From the NCBI GenBank assembly GCA_964199315.1, contig OZ116703.1, forward strand, positions 8,866,001 to 8,930,000: DNA of 64,000 bases. The letters are read 5' to 3'. The notes under the pieces were generated by a model that saw only the letters and a program-made list of their open reading frames with translations, was not told the origin of the DNA and made no database searches. The stretch comes from Orbicella franksi. Taxonomy: Eukaryota. Each line of letters starts with the position of its first letter. The stretch's first letter is position 1. A program made the translations under genes and the position numbers. Below, piece by piece: positions 11,301-35,655 of the stretch.

Positions 11301-11684
11301 CTCTGCGAATCACTTTGCACGGCAGATTGCAATCTAAGGGTCTTGTTCGCAAGTTCCAACGAGATCACTGACGACGGAATCATGTTTGTGGAAAAGGCTC
11401 TGGCACACAAGTCTTGCAACCTACAAGAGCTCTACCTTGGCTACAATCTAGTAACTGACAAGGGTGTTAAGAGTTTGCTGCAAGCATTGCCTACTCAGCA
11501 AATCAACCTGAAGGTTTTGTCCCTGGCCAACAACCCAATAACGGATGTTGGTGTGAAAATGCTGGCCCATGCCTTGAGAAACTCAAGCTGCAATCTACAT
11601 CGTCTTTGCATAAGTCTAGGAAGGCCACAAGTGGCTGCCACCAAGGCTTCGAAGCTCCAAGTACGATACGTTAATGCCTTCTAA
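8370..11684 (+). CDS. Intronless NLR-like protein: N-terminal 4-TM connexin-like domain, NACHT NTPase, RI-type LRRs (1104 aa from ATG 8370)
   Basis: Uninterrupted ORF 8352-11684 with first in-frame ATG at 8370. Walker A GAAGIGKT (9432-9455), Walker B LLVFDGLNE (9660-9686), sensor-1 IIVTSRP, LCRLPENCHLLC, WHD FSCLSVQEYLAA, about ten 28-aa LRRs, and four N-terminal hydrophobic helices. Confidence 0.93.
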   Translation: MEIFKDLRIPLPKTFESPSLTRLGKFQRGILTAALLVIPTLQAILWQREQDHFSSEFRCGVKDGDVDSAVSEREDLTFQFFQDYTNKYSGVSQGMFVIFVLLNLIIVHFYMSFVSDRFNSWLKLRTTKQRGKILAELKGSTAVFKAHSIQLGLRLMCAVIFIVYNCLAHSIVLPTEREYLPFDAISFATAVICYADQAFESSIFNIALLTFATFSGTLNLTELVYTWQETSAFERISDYYFCTLLLRHNSVTESTNMLIEKELFLEKQREKIRDKKRPTVQLPLMKSSNATVHSIPCNLFISQQKLKYRGVKKQKHKQELFRTYSRTKKIPVRSLEDLLKPNRDSATPKRILVTGAAGIGKTELTLQLVEQFNTAESGFCNLNFVFIFNFKELAFIDNLITLQDFLNHSAFCSRLGDIVYRKIASNPEEVLLVFDGLNEWTVKSFVQHTCTGGNEEKMTVSSIVLKLLSGELLPESTIIVTSRPTPLLSEIVEMVAFDRYVELGCFKPEELKIYIQEFFQHNKELIATVRNRISSEPNLQVLCRLPENCHLLCLYLDFVASTRTSQEVQSLELPSSTTEIFGRSIDTATNAESDQSEHKTFPSDHVIFSKNSLEVFEKLSCLAFEGIMNERYVFRKEDLSHVELSAFEADFLEEAGLLCRSRGNLLRQADVYCFSCLSVQEYLAARRIVQSSSIGDLRDFLEKANENHCATLQFVAGLCKDGKEGRGLFVCLMQHLTEAIKVNSFVHEPVIDNQAIIFLCKCLFENGTKLGHPFAREATSSISSKPIVFTEIGTDPLETQAILYCLKEAIGSNVKRVIFESNAMEDDGFRQVATSICEESCKLDQVNLTSSGITEDAMLSFLEISASHSFLGIKILGLRGNDISSEGARYLACLLFNDWCHLEELHLGNNRIGDLGVEYFSEALCSGSSRIHTLDLSSNGITHNGVFHLSRALRSPVCNVKRLYLQKNKILDFGMQDLCESLCTADCNLRVLFASSNEITDDGIMFVEKALAHKSCNLQELYLGYNLVTDKGVKSLLQALPTQQINLKVLSLANNPITDVGVKMLAHALRNSSCNLHRLCISLGRPQVAATKASKLQVRYVNAF
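8418..9053 (+). other. Four-transmembrane connexin-like domain
   Basis: SLTRLGK, WQREQ..SEFRC, LGLRLMCAVIF and VICYADQAFESSIF..TLNLTELVY align by eye with Cx26 STSIGK, WGDEQADFVC, FFRVIFEAAF and VDCFVSRPTEKTVF..LLNVTELCY (Cx26 sequence recalled from memory). Confidence 0.75.
9414..10440 (+). other. NACHT NTPase with HD1/WHD subdomains
   Basis: KRILVTGAAGIGKTELT, FVFIFNFKEL, VLLVFDGLNEW, IIVTSRP, LCRLP, SVQEYLAA motifs in the expected order. Confidence 0.92.
10806..11620 (+). other. Ribonuclease-inhibitor-like leucine-rich repeats
   Basis: Repeats of the type HLEELHLGNNRIGDLGVEYFSEAL, NVKRLYLQKNKILDFGMQDLCESL and NLQELYLGYNLVTDKGVKSLLQAL, spaced about 28 aa apart. Confidence 0.93.
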
Positions 11685-12321
11685 ACGAAGGGTTCTCGTA
11701 GAACCAACAGGAAAACGGCTCAATCTTGAAACTTCCTGTTTGTAGACACTACGTCAAACGTTTTCCCAGTAAGCAGTGTCTTTCCGGATAAGAACCATTT
11801 TTGCCATCAGACCTTTCGTTTTTATTGGTCACCAAGGTTTGCATGCCCCACCAAATTGCCCCAGCCAAACGAATTTGGTGACCCTTTTTACCATTGTTGC
11901 TACGCGTTTGACAATACGTTATTTTGTACTATTTGTAGCCCGGCATAGATGTCATTTTGGATCACAGACGCTTAGCGTTTCGAATTTATTTTGATTAGTA
12001 AAGCCCTCGATTCAGTAATTACAGGTCATATTAGCGATACAACGAATTCTTTCAAAAAAACAGAATTTCTTTTATAGCTGAGGGTTTAAATGAATCTTTA
12101 GCAAATACCTTTAAGATACGCATTGTTATATCTTATCCTGAAGTATCGCTTAATTCAGTCACTGGAATTTAAAAAGCACTAGATTAAAACCAATGTCATG
12201 ACTCTAGAGTATTCAATAAATTATTTTTTGCTGCAGGTGAAGCTTCCGTTCCCCCGTCCTACTGCTAAATAAATAAAATAAAATAAGTTAACACGTTTCA
12301 CGGACGTTGTGTGGCATTCGT

Positions 12322-15300
12322 TCAGAAGTAATAAACGAAACCGTCGCCTTGAGCATCATTTGCTCCTGGAAATTAAGTTAGGTACAGATTAATTTTTGTT
12401 GTCATGAAGCTCTTTAGAGCCTCTGATTTCATTGGATCTTGTTAGCACGAAGCTCTATTGTTTTAAGCCTAGGGTCCATTGTTACTATTGCTCGTATAGC
12501 ATTTTCTCAGCCAATCCTGTGAGACGTTCCGAGGAACTTCGTTGCGATCCATGAATTCGGAAGCAACACCCCCTTCAGGCTAGTGTCCATCCGCCATCTT
12601 GAAATGAAGTTCGGATATCTTTGGGGAGAAACGCTGCATTGATTGTTAGTAACATTGATTGGCCGTTGAAATTACCCGAAAGGAATGCCCTCTGTTATCT
12701 TGCCTGACGGAAGGATTTAGGGCCTGTTTACAAGGAGAGAGGGTTACCCTAGCAAGCGGGTTACCCTAGCACTCAGACATTTCCTCTTTTTATTTCGTCG
12801 TGTTTACAAGGCAGCTAGGGTTACCCGGGTAGGCGGGTTACTCTATCTGCGTGCCTAGGGTTACCCTGGCAGGCGGGATAGCTTTTACCATTGTAAACAC
12901 TCCAGGTAAGGTTAACCCGCCTCTCCGGGTTAACTTTATAATTGTTTCTAGATCCTTTGAGTGTAACTGCGCACTAAGTTGTCCCGCGGGATGTAGGGTT
13001 ACCCTACCTGTGAAATTTCCTTGTAAACCCGGGCTATATTTTGCCCTCCAGCTAAGGTTAACCCGCTTGCTAGGGTAACCCTCCCTCCTTGTAAACAGCC
13101 TTTAGGGGTCCTCTGTTTTAGTGAGAAAACTGAAGAATCGGAGGCCGCGGCTGAAGGTCGCCTTCCGGTACAATCTCACTTACAGCTATGTTGAGAAGGT
13201 CTAGCTTAACTTACCAACAACAAGAACTTGAATTTCGACAGTGTCCTCTGTTTCTCTGGGTCTGCCCGCTTTCCAGACCACTGTGCACGAGTAGCTTCCT
13301 TGGTCGCCTCTCTCCACCCTAGCGATTGTTACAGAGCCACTGTAGAGATCAACAGACTTTCCTTCCATGGGGAGAGTCATGGGCTGACCACCTTTCCGCC
13401 ATTTGTATTTCAGCGGGGGGTAAGCGGATACCCCCAGTTCAATCACTCCAATCTCGCCGAGTTTCAGCTGTTGTGGTGTCTTCACACCATGACTTACAAC
13501 TGAAAAAAAGATGACAAATACTTTAAAGTGCAACCTCGATATAACGACTAGCCAAAAGACGGCATGGCAACTGACGTTCGCTATAACGAGGTTTTGTTAT
13601 ATCGCTGTTCTTTACCATATATTTACTATTCCTGGGGCGAAGAATATCGTTTTTTATACCGAGGATTTCGTAATGTAGAGGTTCGTTAAATGGAGTTTCC
13701 ACTGTAATTGGATCCAATGTACCAGGAATCACTTTGATTGCTTTCCCTTCGTGTAGGCAAAAAATATATAATTTAGAAGAGCCAGTCCCTTGACACGAGG
13801 AATAAATAATTAAAAGTCACTTTTTGAAGGAAATTTAGTCAGAATTCTACTATAAGTATCAGATTATTCGCTCTCAGTTTCTATGAGGTGATGGTTGATT
13901 TGGCCTTGAGCTTCATCATTCGCCTGCGTTAGAAATATCGAGCTCATAATCTAACTGTTTAGCAGGCCGTCCATCTTTCGCTATCGCTGCGAGCCTGCGA
14001 TGGCTTAATATCTTCCACTTACAGTCGACGTCAAGAGTGAAGCTCTCTGATTGCCTAGATCCTTTGCAGTAGTATTTTCCACCATCTCTGACTATCACGT
14101 CTCGAATTATCAAAATGTAGTCGTTTCCAGTCCTTTCGACGCTTAGTCGTCCAGAGCTCTGTTCCAGTGTAATATTTCTGCTCTCAATAGCTGGTTGTCC
14201 AAGACTGGCTTCCCTAGAGGGCGTTTCCCAGGCAAGAAAGGTCTCTCCTGTGACATTGCATTTGATCCTTCTGGTTCGAAACTGCTGTGCGGTGATTCTT
14301 CTGAACGGGAGGCTGACCTCAGCACCTAAAAGGTGAAGCAGTCTGCTGTTTGGAATTTATCTAAAATACGACTAGCACAGAGATACAGAATGGACGCGTA
14401 GGTCATTTATCAGTTCTTTAGCACATACGTCGATCGTCCGCAAACGGTCGCCATCTTAAGCTCATATGAAGTTCATGCCTTGTTCACTCTCCTTCGTCAC
14501 CAGGAATTTTGGGTATATTTCGCGAAAAAAAAACATAATTCACGAACAAAGCGAACCCTCTCCAAAAATTCGCCGAGTTCTGTACAGGCACCATGTTGTG
14601 ACGTCATGATGCTATCAAAAGTGGTAATTGTGCTGGACTGTTTAAAATTACAAAACGATAAAAGTGACTTAGTTGTGGCCAATGTACTATAGCCATTTTG
14701 TTATTACCACCTTTGATATTAATGTCAAATTTCTTTGTGCAAACGATATGCGGCAAGGCAATGAGCATTAAACAGAACTAAGATACTTTGTGCTGATAAA
14801 CCCCTTTACAACTCCGTACATTGCCATATTAAATATATGAACTTGAAACTCCATAACTTTTTAAATAATGTTGAGACGAATCTGCAATCGATAACTCTAA
14901 CCCCTGGTTTACGGTGAACGTTCAGTTTTCTTCCCATAGCCACCTCAGCTATATGCAAAAATATCCTACTTTAGTATATACCACACAAGTGAATAGTGCT
15001 TTTCGCCCACTCTGATTGGCTAACTCCGAGGTGATTACTATTCACCTCCACTTCGGTAAATAATTGTTAATGATAATCCATCGAATGTTCTTGCTCGCGA
15101 GCTATTGGTTTTAGGGACTGTGCAATAATTACCTGGGTGGGGGGGGGGGGGGGGCTGGGAAATGGCTGAAATATGCCCCAAAACTAAGTCATACCCCATC
15201 TCATTAAGTAAAAATTAACTTCAACCCTCCCTCACATAATGATAATATTAAGACTATCCCCCCCCCTTGAAAAAAGTCCCCTCCCATTGATTCCGTCATA

Positions 15301-15740
15301 CCTAGTTTACTTGTTGGAGTTCTTCCTCCGGTATAAACATCACTTCAAATGACTCTTCGACGTATGTCGAAGAGTCAGTTGAAGGGTCATCACCTTAGAG
15401 TTGATAAATTTGCCACTTTTATTCCAATGTTAGTATTTATGTTTGAACTCTAATAACTCTTCCACTACTTTTCCAGGTTGCAAAAAGGGATGAAAAAGTA
15501 ATGCCCCCCCTGTATGTATTAAATTTTACATCCAGCCCCCCTTCTCTCTTGTTGTCATTTTCTCCTATGCCCCCCCTAGTTTTACAACCCCCTCCCCTCC
15601 AGGTAATTATTGCACAGTCCCTTAACGCGTCAAGTGACTGAATATTCCTCAGCTAAAACTGGGGAATATCCGAGTGATATTCCTCAATTTACAAAACTGC
15701 GCACTTTGTGAAAAAGGCTTGAATAGCCTCCATTTAGCGT

Positions 15741-15774
<34 letters not shown>

Positions 15775-16377
15775 TCTGTTCGTCGAAGCTCACAGTTTAC
15801 CTCGAGCTTCACTCTCGGGAAACTGTTCAATTCTCGGAACAGATAAGAATGTTCGCGCTCAAATGTCCGAGCATATTTTCGCGCCAAATGGAGGCTATTG
15901 TTTATATATACAAATCAAATCAAATCAAACCATTTTTCGCACAATTTTGGTAACAGAGACAAAGAAAATACAGAAAACAATAGAAAAGAAATGTTAGTCA
16001 CATACAGTCGAACCTCTATTAAGCGGCCCCTATTAAGCGGCCAACCTTTATATGGCGGCCAGCGGCCAAAGTCCCGGAAAAATTGTCAGCTATACACTGT
16101 AATACTGAAAACTTCTATTCAACGGCCACCTCTATATTAAGCGGCCAGTTGTCTCGTCCCCGAGAGCAGCCGCTTAATAGAGGTTCGAGTGCAACTAAGA
16201 AATATAATGATGTGCGAAGTTAAATTCGTGTGCAGTAACTAGAGCTAATTGGAGCTGCTGTTTATTCAAAGACAAAGGAATTGAAATTAAAGAGTACATT
16301 TACAGCTACTTACTAGTGTTACAAGTGGTTATTACCAATAGCATCACGGTGATGGAAACTTTTGCTGCTGTAAACAT
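12322..16377 (-). CDS. Secreted two-Ig-domain protein (231 aa, 4 coding exons)
   Basis: Exons 16314-16377 (signal MFTAAKVSITVMLLVITTCNT), 14023-14325 (Ig1: IKC..LAW..DGGKYYC), 13215-13499 (Ig2: AYPPLKYKW..DQGSYSC) and 12322-12365 (GANDAQGDGFVYYF*). All introns are GT-AG and phase 1; total 696 nt, in frame. Confidence 0.8.
12720..13101. mobile_element. PIF/Harbinger-type MITE in the Ig gene intron
   Basis: TIRs gggcctgtttacaaggagagagggttaccctagcaagcggg / cccgcttgctagggtaaccctccctccttgtaaacagcc; TTA on both flanks; internally palindromic. Confidence 0.75.
13526..13704. mobile_element. Tc1/pogo-like MITE
   Basis: Degenerate TIRs aagtgcaacctcgatataacg / cgttaaatggagtttccactg, with TA on both flanks. 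Confidence 0.55.
15070..15910. repeat. Interspersed hairpin-forming repeat (host of the 15114-15621 MITE)
   Basis: ataatccatcgaat..cagctaaaactggggaatatccgag..atagcctccattt..aaatggaggctattgtttata; a second copy lies at 43780-44190. Confidence 0.7.
15114..15621. mobile_element. MITE with GGGACTGTGCAATAATTACCTGG TIRs and TTA TSD, nested in an older repeat
   Basis: Perfect 23-bp terminal inverted repeats with tta on both sides; it interrupts the repeat family also present at 43780-44190. Confidence 0.85.
16005..16191. mobile_element. Tc1/pogo (Tigger-like) MITE
   Basis: TIRs cagtcgaacctctattaagcggc / gccgcttaatagaggttcgagtg; TA on the left, CA on the right. Confidence 0.75.
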
Positions 16378-18453
16378 ATTGAGGCAATCGCAGACCTAGA
16401 CAATGTTCCAACCAAACATGAATTTAGTGCGAAAATATATAGAGAAATGCTTGAGTGACAGATGTGCTCAAAGAATGAGAGTTAACTAAATTAAACATTG
16501 CTTGTTGGTGCGAGGTTGTTAAAGTTCCTCCCCACTTTTGTCTCGAATTTAGTCTCCCTTGAGCTAGCATTAGAAGTCGTTCCCGGTTCGAGAGGGTGAG
16601 GAGTGCATGAAGGTCTGGAGCGCGAGTTCTTCTGGTTCTATTTCCTGACGCAAAAGACAACCGTACAAACTCAAGTTGAGGTGGCCACGAAACCTTGCCA
16701 GTACAAGGGTGTTAAAGCTTTGTTTTGATTTTGCAAGTTAGATCATAATTATTTGCGTTTTATTTCCGCGTGCACAGACTCCTTCCCGCCGGATCACTTT
16801 GTTCTTCGCCGCTCGCACGTGTGACTCAAAGCTGAGCCTGCTCGCAGGCTATGTGCAAGCCAAGCCGAGCCTGTGAAGTAATAAGGTTACAAAAGGGAAG
16901 ATTACAGGAAATTATATTTTTTTTCCAGAAAATAAATCCAGAATGCTTTTATTTCAAAAAGAAAATGAAGGAAATATAGCATTAAAACGACCTAGAACGA
17001 GCCCTCATCAGCTACGTATGGCACGTTGCATAGCAACAACGCACGGGACCGCGGGCTCAATTGATTCTGTGAAATGAAAAATGCAATGAGTTGATCTGAT
17101 GAAGGCAAAGTTAAGAAATCAGCATTTTTAATTTAGGAAACCTACGATAAGCTACAATAGCTGTCACTTTTGCGTACCATTAGTTCACTCGACACAACAC
17201 TTTTATGCCAAAGGAACCGCTTAAACGATTCAACTGTAAAGTCACCATTTGTTGAATTTTTCAGCTGCACTCAAGCCGTGTAAAACCAAAATCGTCAAGT
17301 CTTAAATTTCAAACTAGAACCACATTCATTTCCAACTGATAATTTAAAGCCAGTCATAATGAGATTTACTACACTAGCTATAGTAGCCTGATTTCAGAAA
17401 TAAATGAAAATTGCCCGGCCGCTTTTTAGTTCAAACGTTTCTTTCACAGTCTGCTTACCGGAAAAATAGCAACTGATGGCAAAACTAAACATTCGTAGTT
17501 CAAGTTAATTATAGATCCGCATTTTAATGAAATGTCAAATTTACTTGGTTAGCTGATACGAATAAGTCAAATTTCAAAAACAGAAGACTAACAAAATGCA
17601 GCCTTGTTTTGTCTCGAATCTGCATATTGCTTTGTGGCTGTTCTTTGCGGCTGAAAGTCGATCTATTTATTTAGGCAAGAAAGAGTATTCTCGCTAGCAG
17701 TTAAAATTCCTGAGATATAGTTTGAAATTTTAATAGTCTTATCTATGGAAACAAAGGATTTACTTGAAAATTTCCATCACTGAGCTATAAAACGTGGACA
17801 ATCGCAATCTGAATTGGGTTAGAGTTTTTTTACACAAAGCACATGCATGAATATACGATGTACGACTTCGTTTCGAACTTTCGTTGGGAAGTTGCCTTGA
17901 TACAATGTAGGCTATTTAAAATGGACAGAGGCATCGCTCGGTTTAATTTTGCACTGCCTCGCTAAGTTTGATCATTCATTTCGCGTTCTGAATATTAATT
18001 GTCTCAGATCATCATCTAGGCGCCAAATATATTAAAATACGTCGCCTCGCTAGACGCCGATGTACATAGATGAAGGTTCGAAAAGGTCACGCTTAAGATT
18101 TCAAATGAGCATGTGTTCATCCAGTTTGCTAGAAAATTTGATCACTTTTCATTTATAAATACTTACAAAAAGCGTCCTGAAAAAGTCCTCACTGCTGCCA
18201 GACTTGGAAATAACCCCGTTGTTTGATCATGTTCAGGTCACTTGTCACTCTGCAAAGTATGCTAATGTGGACGTTTAAACAAATATGTGAACAGGAAGGT
18301 TCAAGTTTTTCTAACAGAAAGCCCTTGGCTGATGAAAAAAATGCAAATCGTTATGAGTCTCATGAGCTTCTCGTGGCTTCCCTCCCGTTCAGTTAAGGTG
18401 AAAAGTGGGTACGTTATTTTAACCAATAGCGTGCGAGAAAGTGTTTCAACTTA

Positions 18454-18823
18454 GGCCCGGTCCACACTACACCGAAGGAATTTGAAAACGTAGTTTTATT
18501 TCTACGGCTAGCCCCACCGTCCACACTCCGTCACGAAAACGGAGCTTCTCGAAAACGTTCTTCAAACCGGAGGAATTTGAAAACGCCGGCTTTGCGTTTT
18601 AGTGTGGACGGAAAACATTATGAAAACGGAGCTTTTCGAAAACAATGAAATCGCGATAATAATAAAGTGATTTCCCTACCCGAGTTTTCCTCAAGCACAA
18701 ATCCAAAATGACCGGTTGCTGCGTTGTCAAATTTCTCTGGCGTAGTGTGGACGGAAAACATTTGATGCGGTTTCAGGGTGAAAACGCCGTTTTGAAATTT
18801 TTCTGGCGTAGTGTGGGCGGGGA
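18454..18823 (+). mobile_element. Harbinger-like MITE (ggcccggtccacac family), copy 1
   Basis: Internal gaatttgaaaacg and gtgtggacgg repeats with terminal inverted motifs; an inverted copy lies at 51469-51766. Confidence 0.75.
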
Positions 18824-19058
18824 GTTAAAACTGCCCGTAATCCGAAAATTTAAGCCGGAGCTAATCGCCAGGGAGAAGCCCTTCTTGGAGCAAATAATGA
18901 AATGCTAATGGTCAAAACGCTTCCCAAACGCGCGAAGGCGCTAAGTTCAACAATTAGTCTGACTCTGAAATAGCTCAATAGCTTTTTAAAACAGGTATTT
19001 ATTTCTCCAGACAAAAACCACATAGACATCAACATGACTCCCACCAATAAAAAATAAG

Positions 19059-19064
19059 TTTATT
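19059..19064 (-). terminator. Candidate HIPK polyadenylation signal (implies a 3' UTR of about 2.1 kb)
   Basis: AATAAA on the minus strand downstream of the HIPK stop at 21197; not verified by transcript data. Confidence 0.3.
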
Positions 19065-21196
19065 GAATATTCCGAGCCTTTATCAGGCTCCAAAATCAAT
19101 CAATGTTCGTTATAAACAGCGAGCACCATTCATAAAACGGTTGTTCTAAAACTCCTTGTGATTCATTGCCATCATAGAATAAAATAGACTTTTTACACTT
19201 GCCATACACAAATCACAACCCCAAGACTCTTCCACAGGGCCGAAGAAAAACGAATTTTCCCGACGGAGGACGAAGACATCCGAACAGTGAAGGCAATGAA
19301 GCAATAGCCCTTCGGGAGAGAGTCTTTCTAATTTGCATTTGTGTATGGAATAATTAAGTTATCGCCTATAAACTGATAACATATTTCAAAGGAGATTTTC
19401 GATATCAAGACCCACAACAATAATTCACACTCCCAAATGTTACAAATGGTGTCACTCAGTTAGAAATTCACGAGGATATACAAGGTCGTGTGTACCATTA
19501 GGTTCAAATTTCTTGAAAACACCAGGCCCGGATAAGGATCAAACAAACAATAGTCTTTAAAATATCTGGTTATTTCCTTGAAAAATATAACTGCCAACAA
19601 TTACCTGGTTTATAGTGAAGGGAAGCTATTAAGCCACTTTAGAAGAGTCATCGTGTTAATCATAATTCTATTATCTTCCATTCAACGACTTTTTTATTCT
19701 GGAGTAGTTGTAAGGCTTAACTATTGCACAATACAAATTTTTGAAGGTGGTTGCAGCAACACCCATTACTAACAAAGATATGACGCTTATTGTGTTCGAT
19801 TTACGTTCAATTCTTATAAAGAACAAAATATTCGCTTCAATGTCGATTTTCCCAGTTAAAATTACTCTCAAAAATTCTGTAGTAATATTCACGCCTAATA
19901 ATACCATAACTATGTAACTGTTTACATTATTTCACCACTCCTAATCTGATCCAATGAACAGTGAAAAAATAATGAATCGAATTATACAACACAGAAATTA
20001 AGCCTTTCACCTCAAAAACGATATCTTTTCTTATCTTCCAAGAGATTCTTAATAAAAAAAATGCTACATCGTCACTCATCGATTATAGGTCTGAAATGTG
20101 CTCATATCCCAGACATCAAGTCAATGATTAAAAGCTATACTCACTTCACTGTAACAATATCGTCACCAGCACAAACGTAATGAGAATACTGAAAACCAGC
20201 AGGTAACGAGAATGGTCTTCGAGTACTATAAGCCTCTTAGAAAGAATTACAAGCAAAATCAGTAAAGAATAAATATTCTAAGCTTGGCTGCAAGGTTATA
20301 AAGCAACCACTACCTACACGACACATGATACGGCCGTCTGGGTAATCTAGTCTCTACAACTCTTTATCTATTACTTATGTGCAAGAAGAAAAACTGTAAT
20401 TCTATTCAAAACGGAGATAACGGCTAAAGGTCACGCATTTAAATGACCACATACCTTCCCAACGTAACAAACAGCGGGTAATTGTAAGCTATTTGAGAAT
20501 TCAGTATAATTTAATATTTAATAGTTATTACCTGCAGAATGTCTTATCAACTTCGGTATAATTTAATATTCAATAGTTGTTATCTGCAGAATGGGTTCTC
20601 TTCAAATCTGATCCTGTATCTAACAACTACTTAAGAACGCACGCCAAACATTTGCCATTTACACTTTTGAAGTGCTGTATAATTTCAGTACGCTATTCAC
20701 TACCGGGAATAAAACCTGATTTAGACATGCCTAGGCCCTTGCGCATAATATAAATATCTTAGCTGCTAAATATCACGTCATTTAAAATACTAATATACAA
20801 TTAAAACCTCGCAATCTCACAGCTACAAGCACGGACCCGGGTTCGATAGACAATACCTCACCTCTTTGTTATAATTATAAATTAATGAACACAACAAATC
20901 GAGTATACCTTGATAAATTAAAATTGATTATCTGCAAATAATGAGTTCTCTGCATTCCTACACTTACGAATTCACAGTTCCTACGTTCGAAAATCTTAAA
21001 ACTGGTCAATTACCTCACTGTAATCTGAATCACAAAGCGCATTACTTGCTTCCAATCACTTCATTGTCACTCTTATTTAAACCTTTTTTTGTTTGTCTAT
21101 CTCATTCACGCATTTTTTTTGTGTGATTTTTTTCACTATTTTTCACTTCGACACACGACTCATTTCACTTCCCCACCGAAGACACTACTTGTGAAA

Positions 21197-35655
<14,459 letters not shown>

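Noticed and set aside
7437-13215. Ig exons splicing across the NLR into the mucin-like gene as one receptor
   Set aside because: The mucin-like gene has its own signal-peptide exon, and the Ig gene has a phase-compatible terminal exon with a stop at 12322. Not strictly excluded without transcripts.
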